DNA of 64,000 bases, from positions 1 through 64,000 of IMG/VR virus record IMGVR_UViG_3300025030_000080; one strand, given 5' to 3'. The notes under the pieces were generated by a model. It did no database searches. It saw only the letters and a list, made by a program, of their open reading frames with translations, and had not been told where the DNA came from. Positions within the stretch are counted from its first letter, which is position 1. Each line of letters opens with the position of its first letter. This document shows positions 28,143 through 39,189 of the stretch, in pieces. Made by a program: the position numbers and the translations under genes. This DNA is from a virus.

Positions 28143-28865
28143 TCAGTTAACGGTGAACGATCCATTTGCTACTGTAATAATTTCCATCTTGCTGAGCAAC
28201 GACACTCCGCATTTGGCTACTGCAGCGGATTCCTTAATATTACTTTTCCCTCCCTGATCTGCGTAAGACTGATCAGCAGCATTAACCAACTCCTCTAAAG
28301 TCCCCGTTTTCAACGAGAGAAGAGTATCCGCCAAAACTGTCCAACGACTAAATGACTTGGGAGCCGGGGGAACACGCTTGATTCTTTCTTTCTCCGGTTT
28401 TGGAGCTTTAGGAGCAGCCGGAGTTTTAGCGACAGTAGGAGCCGTGGGAGCAGGAGTTGCTGCTGTAGGAGTGGCAACGGGGGCTACGGGAGCGGCGGGG
28501 GCAGGGGTAGCTGCAGAACGCCCAACACGACGGGCTACGGGAGGGGGCGGGGGAGCAGGAGGTTCGGGTTCAGGTTCCGGTTCAGGTTCCGGCTCAGGAG
28601 TGATCGGAGCTTCCTCCACCGGAGTTTCCGGAGTTGATTCTTCCTGATCTAACCCCAACGTGGTAATAATATCGTTGTACATGTTGATAATATTTGCGTT
28701 CGATGACCCCGGAGCATCCCCTTCGGCCTTTTCCACTGCATCGAGATATGCCGGGATCAGCATCTCCTTTGAAATCTTGTCGGCGTTGTTAATCCCAATT
28801 TCAGTAGCACAAGCAATGAGCTTTGAATGTACGATTTTCTTCAAAAGTTTCGGATCGAATTTCAT
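28143..28865 (-). CDS. hypothetical protein with Pro/Ala/Glu-rich linker
   Basis: Start placed at MKFDPK behind a GGAGGGAG RBS; (EP)n and PA-rich central region. Confidence 0.65.
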   Translation of the reverse strand: MKFDPKLLKKIVHSKLIACATEIGINNADKISKEMLIPAYLDAVEKAEGDAPGSSNANIINMYNDIITTLGLDQEESTPETPVEEAPITPEPEPEPEPEPEPPAPPPPPVARRVGRSAATPAPAAPVAPVATPTAATPAPTAPTVAKTPAAPKAPKPEKERIKRVPPAPKSFSRWTVLADTLLSLKTGTLEELVNAADQSYADQGGKSNIKESAAVAKCGVSLLSKMEIITVANGSFTVN

Positions 28866-28978
28866 GTAGTTCTCCCTCCGTTCGGAATTTGTAAGACAAC
28901 TACAATCTTCTACAGGAATAGCCACTATCTGATACTTCATCTCACCCACCCCTTCTGGCTTGGTTTCCCGTGTACTTA

Positions 28979-29005
28979 TTACTACAGGAGCTAAGCCTAA
29001 ATCAA
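28979..29005 (-). promoter_or_regulatory. phage promoter-like motif, copy 3
   Basis: TTGATT-N15(ending TCCTG)-TAGTAA. Confidence 0.45.
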
Positions 29006-29084
29006 TATTATTTTTTATGAACAATTATTATACCTTTTGATTGATTATTTTAAATTTCTTCCTTTTCATTATCTGATGGGTAAA

Positions 29085-30461
29085 TCATAGTATATCTCCT
29101 CTGTCTGGTTGATACGGAGAATTTTCCTTAGTAATAATATCAGGGGTCCCCCTTCTGTCAATTCTTCCCTTACCTATCAAATAACGAGTTAATACTTCTG
29201 TGTAAGTATGGGAAGATCGTACATTTCCCGTAACAACTTTATCAATTCCCCATCTATTAATCAAAGAATCTATTACTTTTTCGCACCATTCTCTGGCCCC
29301 TATTGGCATATTTAAACGTGGATGAAGTTCTCTAATTCTATCGTGAAGTCTATTAGCCCCTATAATAAAATCATTTTCTTCTTTTTGGTTAAACTCTCCA
29401 CTCGCCCCTAATAAAATTTTATCACGATAAAATTCTTTTAACCATCTTGTATTTTCGGGGTTTTTCTCTTTTTCTTTTTTAACCATGAAAGTTACTGGTT
29501 CAGGTTCGTTTTCTAAACAATGTAAAAATTGACTTTTAATTGACGAGGCAAAACGATTGTAAAAGAAAGTACCTAACCCCAAATTTTTAAAAATTGATTT
29601 ATTTACTGGTCGGTAATTCAGATTTGTAGCTATTAATTTATATTTATCTATCACCGAAATTATTTCTTCTTTTGAATAATTTTTATTATTAGTTAAACCC
29701 TCTCCTATAAAAAGTTTTCCATCTAATACTTTTTCTATGATAGAAACTATATCTGTAAATGTTTTTGTTGGTTTGGCGTAGCCTTGATTATTCCATGCCG
29801 GCATATGATGATGGGGTAAACCCGGCGAGGAATTCCAATAATTGATAATATCGAGAGTGTCTTTCCTATACCGTTGACGAGGGGTAACTTCAAATTCTAT
29901 AGATATAGATTTATTTCTTTTAATTAAAGACTGGGTTGAATTTAAGCCTAAATTATGAACGTCGGTTTCACCTGCTTTTGGTGAAACCCCCGAATCTTTC
30001 GAGAGAAAAGATTCGTTAGAATCTTTTGGATCTAAAGATTCTGGTATAGGTTCAATAATTATAGGTTTACTTAAAGAGATTCCGCTTTGAACGGAATCCA
30101 GATTCCGCTTTGAACGGAATCCAGATTCCGCCCATTCTTGTATTTTATTACGATCAATTCTATACCAATTTTTGGCCGGTATCCCTTTTCGAGATACTTG
30201 AATAAAATTTAAATCTTGAAGTATTTTAGTGGAAGATGTTTGAACATCTTCGCTAAATCCAGTTCTATTTTTCAATAAACTTTGAAGCATATAAAAATAC
30301 TCTCCGGGTTGTATTAATTCTTGTTTAATTAAGTAATTTTCCCAATCTATTAAGTCTCCTAAAATTATAGTAACGAAAGGACCTAATTTTATTAATACGG
30401 AACGGTTACAAGCTATGAAATTTGCAAATGGAATTTGAGATATATTCCTATTATTTTCCAT
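29085..30461 (-). CDS. putative replication initiator (N-terminal winged-HTH)
   Basis: YFY...LKNRTGFS..Q......L....FI.V.RKGIPAKNWYRID pattern of phage initiators; contains internal repeats; lies next to dnaB. Confidence 0.65.
   Translation of the reverse strand: MENNRNISQIPFANFIACNRSVLIKLGPFVTIILGDLIDWENYLIKQELIQPGEYFYMLQSLLKNRTGFSEDVQTSSTKILQDLNFIQVSRKGIPAKNWYRIDRNKIQEWAESGFRSKRNLDSVQSGISLSKPIIIEPIPESLDPKDSNESFLSKDSGVSPKAGETDVHNLGLNSTQSLIKRNKSISIEFEVTPRQRYRKDTLDIINYWNSSPGLPHHHMPAWNNQGYAKPTKTFTDIVSIIEKVLDGKLFIGEGLTNNKNYSKEEIISVIDKYKLIATNLNYRPVNKSIFKNLGLGTFFYNRFASSIKSQFLHCLENEPEPVTFMVKKEKEKNPENTRWLKEFYRDKILLGASGEFNQKEENDFIIGANRLHDRIRELHPRLNMPIGAREWCEKVIDSLINRWGIDKVVTGNVRSSHTYTEVLTRYLIGKGRIDRRGTPDIITKENSPYQPDRGDIL
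30077..30131. repeat. iteron-like 23-bp tandem repeats (AGATTCCGCTTTGAACGGAATCC x2 plus a partial copy)
   Basis: Directly visible; each unit contains the inverted repeat GATTCCG/CGGAATC. Confidence 0.8.
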
Positions 30462-30984
30462 TTTTATTCTCCTTAGCTATTTCCTCTTCACATTTCGATT
30501 CTAATTCCATAAATCGTATAAGCATTTCGTTACACGCTTGAACATTTATTTTGTAATAAATTTTATCGGTTTTTTTATCCCATATGAATTTAAGTATATC
30601 AGAATTTTCTAATTCATTTAGTATTTCTACGAGTTTTTCTTTGCCTATGAAAAGTAACCTCCCCGTCGTTTCTAACGATATAAAAGGCAAATCCCCAAAT
30701 TTATTTGGGTAATGTCTTTTTATTTCGAACCAATAGTTATGATCTTGATTTAATAAACTAACAAAAGCTCCTTTTTCCAAACCGTAAAAATAAACAAAAC
30801 CCCTATCAATTGTTATAAGCCCCCCACCAGCTATTATATGATCGACATATAGCTTCGATTTTACAAATTTTTTACTTAATTCTCCCCCACCTTCACTCAT
30901 TATTTTATATAATCTAATAGATTTTGTATCACTCATCTTTCTTTCCCCCTTTATTTCCATCATAAAATACAAATTCTGTATCAA
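30451..30984 (-). CDS. hypothetical protein (possible HTH)
   Basis: Between dnaB and the initiator; true start probably MSDTK. Confidence 0.55.
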   Translation of the reverse strand: MIQNLYFMMEIKGERKMSDTKSIRLYKIMSEGGGELSKKFVKSKLYVDHIIAGGGLITIDRGFVYFYGLEKGAFVSLLNQDHNYWFEIKRHYPNKFGDLPFISLETTGRLLFIGKEKLVEILNELENSDILKFIWDKKTDKIYYKINVQACNEMLIRFMELESKCEEEIAKENKNGK

Positions 30985-32494
30985 TAATTGGCTGGCCCAA
31001 TTCTAATTGTTGAAGCATCATCACTTGCCTTCGTTTGTTAAATCTTTTCCATCTATGCTCCAACACTCCAGTTCTCCATACTCCTTTTTCTTTTTCTTCA
31101 GGAGTTTGATCTAGAGACATCATTATATCTACATGAGCCAAAATATAAGCATTTACTCCGATATCACTTTCATCTTGTAAATCTTTGGTAAGGGCGGATC
31201 TTCCAGATCCTAACGATTGTGCTCCGGTTACTACTAACGCAGATCTGGATTGAGCCAATCGTTTATGAGCTTTAAATACATCGTCAACATCATGACGAGG
31301 ATCATTAAATTTACGTTCTGATAAAATGATTGAAGCGTAGTCGGTGATTATAACGTCGGGTATAAATCCTTCAATTCTTTCTAATTCATCTAATTGATCT
31401 TCTACGTCCGACATTGTAGCGGAATAGGCAGGGAAGCTGATCATTCTGAGCAAGTCTTTACCGAACATTTTATTGAAACGTTTGATCTCTTTACGGGTAT
31501 TAGGTAGGCTTAATTTAGGCCGATCTGCCACGAAGAACCACGTTGTAGCTAAGAAATTACCCCCTCCGGGTATCTTCCTACAGGCCGTACACGGTCGATA
31601 CCTTCCGGGGGCTTTAGGGTCGAATTTAGGGGGGCGGGTTTCCCTATTCATACGTTCTAAATTATTGCAGGAATTATCTTGATTATTCAAACAATCAAAA
31701 CTAGGATAAATATAACCTTGGTTTTCGTCTCCTTCTCCCATAACTCCTAATTCTTTATACATTCTGGTAGCTTGGTGCTTATCTTTCATTTCGAAAGAAA
31801 GCATAGCTACCCTTTTTCTAGACATCATAGCATCGAATGCGAAATTTTCTAGAATCCAGGTTTTTCCACGTTTTGCAGGCCCCATTACAGTTATTAACCA
31901 TCCTCTATGAAGATCACCTAATAAATCTCCTAATTTACCTTTCATTCTAAATAGAGGAACTTCTTTTTCTTCAAAAACTGAATTTAAAAAATTAGGATCA
32001 TCTAGTGGTTTAGACCATTTATAAGTGACTTCGTCAACTATCTTTTTTTTACTTTCATAGAATTTTTCAGCTTCTTCAGTTTTACCTATATCTAATAGAG
32101 CAGTAATACCTTCTGCAGTCCTTCTTAAATGCTGAGTCTTTAAATATTCCTTGCCTTTATCGATAATAAAATCATCGTTTACTCCGTCGGGTCCTCCTTC
32201 TGATAAATATTCCTCTGATAACTTAGCCAGGAATAATTCAATTTCTTCGTCTAGTCCCTGTTTGAGTTTTCCTTTTTCTGTTTCGTACAAATCTTTAATA
32301 TGATTCTTTGGAGCAGATTTATATCGGTCAAAATAATCTAGAATCCATCGAACGATATTTTTGCTGACCTCTAGTTCGAATACGTTTGGATCAGCGAATG
32401 GAGCAAGATGTGTTATTACCTTGTCAGAAATGATCATTCCTGTAATGATACGTTTTTCTACTCCCTTATCAGAGCGGTGAATCCGTCTGAGCAT
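30929..32494 (-). CDS. dnaB: DnaB-like replicative helicase
   Basis: GPAKRGKT, LSFEM, PDVIITDYA, VVTGAQ. Confidence 0.85.
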   Translation of the reverse strand: MLRRIHRSDKGVEKRIITGMIISDKVITHLAPFADPNVFELEVSKNIVRWILDYFDRYKSAPKNHIKDLYETEKGKLKQGLDEEIELFLAKLSEEYLSEGGPDGVNDDFIIDKGKEYLKTQHLRRTAEGITALLDIGKTEEAEKFYESKKKIVDEVTYKWSKPLDDPNFLNSVFEEKEVPLFRMKGKLGDLLGDLHRGWLITVMGPAKRGKTWILENFAFDAMMSRKRVAMLSFEMKDKHQATRMYKELGVMGEGDENQGYIYPSFDCLNNQDNSCNNLERMNRETRPPKFDPKAPGRYRPCTACRKIPGGGNFLATTWFFVADRPKLSLPNTRKEIKRFNKMFGKDLLRMISFPAYSATMSDVEDQLDELERIEGFIPDVIITDYASIILSERKFNDPRHDVDDVFKAHKRLAQSRSALVVTGAQSLGSGRSALTKDLQDESDIGVNAYILAHVDIMMSLDQTPEEKEKGVWRTGVLEHRWKRFNKRRQVMMLQQLELGQPIIDTEFVFYDGNKGGKKDE

Positions 32495-32498
32495 AAAG

Positions 32499-32744
32499 CT
32501 ATTTCTTGACGGCGTTCAGATTTAAGGAAAATCCTTCAGCGCCAAGAATGGGAATAAATCCTCCAGTACTGGCGATTATGTTAGTTTTCCCCGATTGAGA
32601 TTTACCAAAATCTTGTTTTAAATCTACTTCAATGATGGGGATATTATCATTTTGTACTTCCATTATTATGTTTTTAATTTTAATTTTATTTTGATTCTCT
32701 AATTCTGCTATTCTTTCTTTAAGTTTCTGAATATCTTCGGTCAT
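32499..32744 (-). CDS. hypothetical protein
   Basis: EVDLKQDFGKSQSGKTNIIASTGG motif. Confidence 0.6.
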   Translation of the reverse strand: MTEDIQKLKERIAELENQNKIKIKNIIMEVQNDNIPIIEVDLKQDFGKSQSGKTNIIASTGGFIPILGAEGFSLNLNAVKK

Positions 32745-33439
32745 TTTTGATCTCCTTTTGGTTGGAAGGGTTGGATTAAACTAGGATCTCTTATGATATT
32801 CCAATGATTTCCTGCTCCCCAAAGTAATAGCTGAGGGGAGAATACTATACGCTCGGTCCTTTTCCAAGTAAACCACAAAATTGCTTGTAATTGATTCGGA
32901 AGTAATTTATGTTTTCTAGCTACTTTGAAAAATACTTCGGCCATTTCGTCGTATCTTTTTGGGGAAGATACTAATTTCAACTCTGCTACTTCTTTCATAC
33001 GGTATCGTCTACCAGAATAAATGGAACACATATGCCCATCAAGTGTAATATATTTAGGGTCTTTGGGCAGCAAAATATTTAAGTAAAAATTTCTAGTTTT
33101 TGGTCCTGAAGTTTCTGCTAGGAAATCCTTATTTCCGATTAGGAATTCAATTGCTCTACTTTTACATTGATTATAAGTAGAAACTATAATTTTATTTGGA
33201 GGGATTTTATTTTTAATACCGATCATAATACTGACGAGGGACCGGATATTACCCATATAATCATTGTTGGGGGATAATGCAACGAATGCGGCTACTGTTG
33301 GGCAGAATCCGAATCCATGATAATTTGCTACATTTTTTAACATTTCATTATATCTATGGTAGGCTACTTTTCCTTCTTCTTTGTCGATGGAATCTGATAA
33401 AGAGTAAACTTTTTCTATGTTGATTGTTTTAGATTTCAA
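32741..33439 (-). CDS. phage HhH DNA-glycosylase-like protein
   Basis: ALSPNN..N, GPKTRNFYLNI, ITLDGHM, QLQAILW. Confidence 0.55.
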   Translation of the reverse strand: MKSKTINIEKVYSLSDSIDKEEGKVAYHRYNEMLKNVANYHGFGFCPTVAAFVALSPNNDYMGNIRSLVSIMIGIKNKIPPNKIIVSTYNQCKSRAIEFLIGNKDFLAETSGPKTRNFYLNILLPKDPKYITLDGHMCSIYSGRRYRMKEVAELKLVSSPKRYDEMAEVFFKVARKHKLLPNQLQAILWFTWKRTERIVFSPQLLLWGAGNHWNIIRDPSLIQPFQPKGDQK

Positions 33440-34302
33440 AAGAAAAGCCCTGCTAATTCTTTCTTTATGTTTTTTTCTATCTTTAAAATTGCATTATTTT
33501 GTTTTATCAACGATTTGATAATAGCGGGTCTAGCCCAATTTCTTTGGAATTTGGACCATTCTTTGTTTTTATCTCCTTTTTCATTTTTATATAACATACC
33601 CATTGGTAAAAACCCTGCCTTGACCGTTTTAAATAGCCTATTTTCTGCTTTTTGTATAGTATCGTTAGGAAATCCTATTAAAACAAAACATCTGAGTTGA
33701 TTGAAAGTAAACCCTGCTTCTTTCAGCATGCTCCCCGCTTTGATTAAAGATTCATATTTTTCCTCCGTATCGTATGCAAAGAATATTTGAGAAGGATTGG
33801 CTTTTATGAGTAGATCTACTATCCATGGTTTTAATTTAGTTGCTTCTAATCCTCCAGTAAATTCTGGTCGATGATTTTGGCGTGAAAGCATTAAAAAGAC
33901 ATTTCTAATATGATTTTCTGAGCAAGCTAATAGGTTATCATCTAGTATATTCCAACCATCTTTTATTTCTAATTCCCTGATATTTCCTTCTCTTTTCCAA
34001 ACAGAACAAAACCAACATTTATTTGGGCATCCTCTAGATGTAATGACATATCCTAATTTTAAATATTTACCAGGGATAAATTCTTCCCCTTTATTTCCTA
34101 ATGCAGGACCACCAATATTTATAGGAGCAACATCTTTCCAACTTTTTTCTAAAATTTCTATTAATTTTAGGTCCCAAGTAAAAGTAAAGGATATCTCCAC
34201 TTTTTTTATTTCTGGTAATAGTAACCCAGGTGGTCCGAAGAATGCCAAGGAATCATCTGGGGATGCTTTAGTTTTTCTAGGGAATACTCTTGCTATAGTC
34301 AT
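33436..34302 (-). CDS. radical SAM protein
   Basis: IGGPA, TSRGCPNKCWFCSVWKREG, LDDNLLA, FAYD, FVLIGF. Confidence 0.85.
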   Translation of the reverse strand: MTIARVFPRKTKASPDDSLAFFGPPGLLLPEIKKVEISFTFTWDLKLIEILEKSWKDVAPINIGGPALGNKGEEFIPGKYLKLGYVITSRGCPNKCWFCSVWKREGNIRELEIKDGWNILDDNLLACSENHIRNVFLMLSRQNHRPEFTGGLEATKLKPWIVDLLIKANPSQIFFAYDTEEKYESLIKAGSMLKEAGFTFNQLRCFVLIGFPNDTIQKAENRLFKTVKAGFLPMGMLYKNEKGDKNKEWSKFQRNWARPAIIKSLIKQNNAILKIEKNIKKELAGLFF

Positions 34303-35228
34303 TGCAAGGATCTCATCAATTCTTTCCCTTGTTCAACAGTTAACTCTCCGGGGTCTTTAACTCCATTTAATTCAATTACTTCCGATTCAGTCCACCAAAT
34401 TTGTTCTGATAACTTCTTTGCAGATTTCTGAGCAATCTCCTCCGAATCGAACAAGATAAATATCTTACTACCGTTTAATTCTCTTAGTAGTTTCACTTGC
34501 GAAGCTGTCCATTGAGTTCCAAAAGTAGCTACAGATCCTGCTCCTAATCGGATCTGATCAAGAGGTCCCTCGACAACGACTATGTTTTTTCCAGGGGGAG
34601 TTTCATCGAATCCAAATAAAGTTTCTTTTGCTGGAAATATACTTTTTTCCTCTTCCAAATTTCGATATTTTATTTTTGATCTATTAGTTAGGTCTCTGCC
34701 GATCCAAGTTACTAATCGTCCTCTGAGAGTTATTGGTAGAATTAATCGAAACTTGAAATCCCCTACGTGTCCGCCATAATAAAGTTCTCTACTTCTTATT
34801 ACAGATTCTGGGTCGAATCCACGTTTAGCTAAAAATTTTATTACTATATCAGGAATAGTAGGCCAAGATAATTTAACGTAATTTTTTGGTATTTCTAATT
34901 TAGTAATTCCTGATTTACTTTCTTCTGAATATTCTATTAATGATAGTCTACTAGGATTTTGATATTTCTCCATTACCTCCAGAGTTTCCGGAAAAGTTAC
35001 ATGGTTTTCTAAAATTTTAATTAATTTGGATATGCTTCCTTTTGTAGAACATTTCCAGCAACTGATGAAATTTGAGGTAATATTAATGCCTAAATGCTCT
35101 CCAGTATCTGAGCAGAAAGGGCACGCTACGCCTAACCATCCACGTTCTTGTCGGGAAGAATTAAATGGTATTCCCCTATCATTTAAATAGGGAATAACAT
35201 CAAAAAGCATTATGGTTAAATTATTCAC
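34299..35228 (-). CDS. DNA primase (zinc finger plus TOPRIM)
   Basis: CPFC..H...CWKC, RLILPI..GR, VVEGPLD, LFDSE, KDPGE. Confidence 0.88.
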   Translation of the reverse strand: MNNLTIMLFDVIPYLNDRGIPFNSSRQERGWLGVACPFCSDTGEHLGINITSNFISCWKCSTKGSISKLIKILENHVTFPETLEVMEKYQNPSRLSLIEYSEESKSGITKLEIPKNYVKLSWPTIPDIVIKFLAKRGFDPESVIRSRELYYGGHVGDFKFRLILPITLRGRLVTWIGRDLTNRSKIKYRNLEEEKSIFPAKETLFGFDETPPGKNIVVVEGPLDQIRLGAGSVATFGTQWTASQVKLLRELNGSKIFILFDSEEIAQKSAKKLSEQIWWTESEVIELNGVKDPGELTVEQGKELMRSLQ

Positions 35229-35423
35229 TATTTTAAATCAAAAAGATTTTCAATTTCTTTTAGTACTTCATAAGGAGGACATTTAATTGATTTTATTAAT
35301 TTATCAGAATGGCCATGTTCAGATCCTCCGTAACGATGATATAATTCTAACCTGTAGTTTGTCTTCATTTTATCAATAGTAATTTCTATTACTTTTCTAC
35401 TTTTCATAGTTTTTTCCATTTGA

Positions 35424-36032
35424 TTATTCTTCCTTTCTTTTCATTATTCCTACAGATTCTAAATCAAATAAATAGATGGTTCTCTCTGGAAGGTATTTAA
35501 TTATTTTGAAGTTTTTTCCAAAACATTTAAATGAAATTAGTTTTCCATTTGGATCTCTTTTTATATTTATTGCTAAAGGTAAAAGTATTTCAGCATCTGT
35601 TGGATTTATTACTCCATCTTTCATATTTGGATAGGGTTCTGGGGGAATGTTTTTATTTATTTTCTCCCAAAGATCTGTAATATCTTTCATAGATAAATTA
35701 CCTATTGGCGGTGGTGTGCTATAGGTATTAGCAGTTAATTCTCCAAAAAGTTCATTTTCTATTTTATCCAATAAAATTTTTGTTCTTTCTTTTTTCATCC
35801 ATTCCTTAGTGGTTATTTCTATGGCTCCGTGCTCTACGGCTATTTTTCTTCTTTTTGGGGTAAGATCATAATGAGGATATTTTTCATCTTGAAACCATTC
35901 TCTTTTCATTTCTATTCTATTTGCGAATCTATGTAATTCTTCCAAATATCCGTCAGTAAACATATGACAATTTAGGGTAACTCTCCCTCGTAGACGCCAA
36001 CCATGGTTTTTTAATTCATCGACGTAGATCAT
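35424..36032 (-). CDS. DUF4031-domain protein
   Basis: IYVD...CHMFTD..EELHRFA.RI.MKREWFQ...PHYDLT. Confidence 0.75.
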   Translation of the reverse strand: MIYVDELKNHGWRLRGRVTLNCHMFTDGYLEELHRFANRIEMKREWFQDEKYPHYDLTPKRRKIAVEHGAIEITTKEWMKKERTKILLDKIENELFGELTANTYSTPPPIGNLSMKDITDLWEKINKNIPPEPYPNMKDGVINPTDAEILLPLAINIKRDPNGKLISFKCFGKNFKIIKYLPERTIYLFDLESVGIMKRKEE

Positions 36033-37317
36033 ATAGCATTTAATTTTTCTTTGAATTCTTTTAATATTTTTTCAAATTCTTCTTTACTCGATTTATATTT
36101 TCCTTCACCTAAGAAGTAATCTGCATCTCCATTTACTAAACTATTCTCTATTTCTAATTCATATGAAATTTCATTATTTCTACATCTAATATCTTTATGG
36201 AGACTAATATGATTTCTTTCTGATAATCTTTTGGTATAAATATTTGCCTCATAATCATCTCCGCTACAATCATGTCTCATATAAATGGGAAATTCTATAT
36301 CTACCTCTATTTCTTTTTCAATTTTAGTTTTTAATTTAATTTTCATTTTTTCCTTCTTTAATTTATTTTTTCCCACTTATTGCATATTGCATCATAACTT
36401 GAATCTTTATAAGTTTTTTCGCACATACCAATAAGAGGGGTTCTATCAAGATTAATTCTCCAGTGTTTACAACAAATGCAAGAAGTAACGGGGATAATTT
36501 TTGATATAAGTTCTTTGCTTTGTTGAATTGGAGAAATTCCCCATATTATTTCCTTGTCCACTTGTTTAAAAAATAATTCAGTTACTTTATTTTTCATCCA
36601 TTCTATATATTTTAATACTTCTTCTTCAGTGCAATTAGGAATATTAAAAGTTTGGAATGTGCTAATTATTGTTTCATCTCCATCCTTATCTCCTTTATCA
36701 AAGTATTTAAATTCATCAGAATCTTTCATTTTTGTTATTCTTACCTTCACATAATCTGCAGTATCTGTAAAGTTTTTCAGCTTCTTTTCTAGTTATAATT
36801 TTTTTGTAATCTGGATGTGCTCTTCTAAATGAAGGGCAATCAGCATTTGTATGAAATTTTACATCTTTTATATATGTTAGAGGGTGTCGGGCTATAAATA
36901 CTTTTTCAGATTCCATTACTCTTCTCCTATCGGGGTTCGACATGAGGGAGGCAATCCAGAACAATTACATTTATAAGTTAATAAACATTCCCCATCATCA
37001 GAATGGTATCCTTCATGATGGCCGCATGGACACATCTTTGGTCCATTTTTATAGCACCATGATGGAACATAGGGAGTATCGTTTGACGGACCACGACTAC
37101 TTTGACTTACTGGACCAGGCATTTTATTCCCTCCAATCTACTCACCGCCAAAAATTATCAACGATGCTCCTCCATATATTATTGCCAACACCCCTATTGT
37201 TATATACGTTGCCGCTGCACCAGTTTCATTTCCTGATATTGGCATACGAGATACCAATAATATTACTCCAAGAAGTATAATGGCGAGTCCTTGGCATCTA
37301 ATTAGCATTTCCCTTCC

Positions 37318-37995
37318 TCCTTCACCGAGGGCGGGGTTATTGCTTCGTAGTTGTCATCGGAATCTTCCCGCGAACAATCCCCCCGGCGTAGGTGATCTTC
37401 ACAGAATCGGCGGTACGCGATCCCATAGAGATCATCCTTGTCGAGTTTATGCCCTCGGTCAGAAAACTCTTGCTTGATCGCGTAGGTGATTAAGGCGGGC
37501 TTGCCACATGAGGGCTGGTCGCATAAATCTTTTTCAAGGGCGATAACTTTATCTGGAATAGGTTCCTGCGCCAACATCCACTCGTTCCCTAAGAATAGGA
37601 TAGCCGTATTCATATCCCTAGTCGTGTAATCATGAACTAAGTGTCCCTTGAACCAAAATTCGACGCGGACACTCTGCCGCCATTCGTCTCCCGATAGGCC
37701 ACTCGTTTTGTAGCGTGGAACAATTTGCATAGTAATGTGGTCGAATGCTTCCCATCCTGACAACCTCTTATGGTACGAATTGTTAATCATCCTCACTCCC
37801 TCCCCTCCCCATTCAGTCTCCCCGCCAGCCACTCCGCGTACCGTAACCGCTCGGCCCTGTTCCTGAAATCCCCGTTCACGGTGAGCGCAACATCGTGGTG
37901 GAAGTCGCCGGACTCCACGTACACTCCCCGCGTTTCTTCATCGTAGCGGAAGGTCCAGGGGCCGATGTCCATCATCCTTCACCGAGGGCGGGGTT
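37318..37995. repeat. 21-bp direct repeats (37318-37338 and 37975-37995) flanking a GC-richer two-gene cassette
   Basis: TCCTTCACCGAGGGCGGGGTT occurs twice. Confidence 0.8.
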
Positions 37996-39189
37996 CTATT
38001 TGCGTACAGCCAGGTACCTTTTAATGGCCCGGTCCTGATTATCCATTACGGATTCTAATTTATATATAACGGCCATACTCCTTGCAATGGTGTAACTTTG
38101 ATTCTTTATTACATTATCCTGAAAGACAATGGTCTTGGTTTGTATAGTTATCGTCTCGCGCAATTCCCTGATGGATAACTGTTGAAAAACAATTGATATT
38201 ATCATCAAAACGACAATCCCTACCAAGTATATCCTGATTGTCAATTCTCCCCCTCCTTCAGCGAGCGTAGGGCGGCTAGTTCATCAATATGTTTTTGAAC
38301 TATATTCCGTTGCCATTCATTACGAACGGCGGCAGAAGGATACTCTTCTGCGTCTCCCTCCCAAAATATATATATCCCTTTTGTTTTTGCCTCAAGTATG
38401 AAGCATTCCATGCAAAGTAAATTTTTCTTTGTGACTTTATCCCATAGTTCATCTGTTACGCGATAAACATCGTCATATCCTTCACCGCATATTTGGCAAT
38501 GTTCCCTCTCTAGATTCGTATCCAAGTTCATTTTCCTCCCGTGGTCCCCACGATATAGAATTGCTTCTTTCCCATTGCTATTTTTTCTTTTTTATTTGGA
38601 TCGTTATATCTTATTTGTACAATAATTCCGTTTCCATTTTTATCTGCATTGGGAATGTAAATTCCAATAGATCTATCGGGATTGGGTATTTCATAGATAG
38701 GCTTCATCCCTGCTTTTTTCATTAAAGCAGCAAGGGGGCATTTCTTATGGTGGCCTATTGTATCCGTCCACCAATCCATATTTGGCTTATGGCCATGGCA
38801 TAGTTCACATTGCCCGTTGCCCATACTCCACTCGAAATCTTCAATGGTCTTATGATCAATCTCGTCTTTACTAAGCCAGTTTAATCTGTTTTTATTTTTA
38901 CGTATCATCTTTTATTTCTCCTTTCTTTTCACCCATCGTTTTTGTTTCATTATTTTCCTAGTTTTCAAATTGATTCTATCGAAACGTATTCCAAGTAAAT
39001 TACAAACCCCTATTCCTATTGGACCCCCAAATATTCCTTCTGTTCCCTTGGTATCTTTCTCACAATCATAGCACCAGATATGATCTATGTATTCGCTCCA
39101 AGTTGTATTAGTTCCCTGGCATAGATCGCAAGTAATTTCATATATAATTGGTTTTTGGGCATAGCACCAAGTTCGTTTTCTCATATATT

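Noticed and set aside
28480-28640. GGTTC(A/C/G)-type repeats as a DNA element (similarly 3330-3740)
   Set aside because: Explained by Glu-Pro and Pro/Ala low-complexity coding, with variation at third codon positions
30077-30131. Mini CRISPR array
   Set aside because: The repeats are directly adjacent with no spacers and lie inside a CDS; no cas genes in the window
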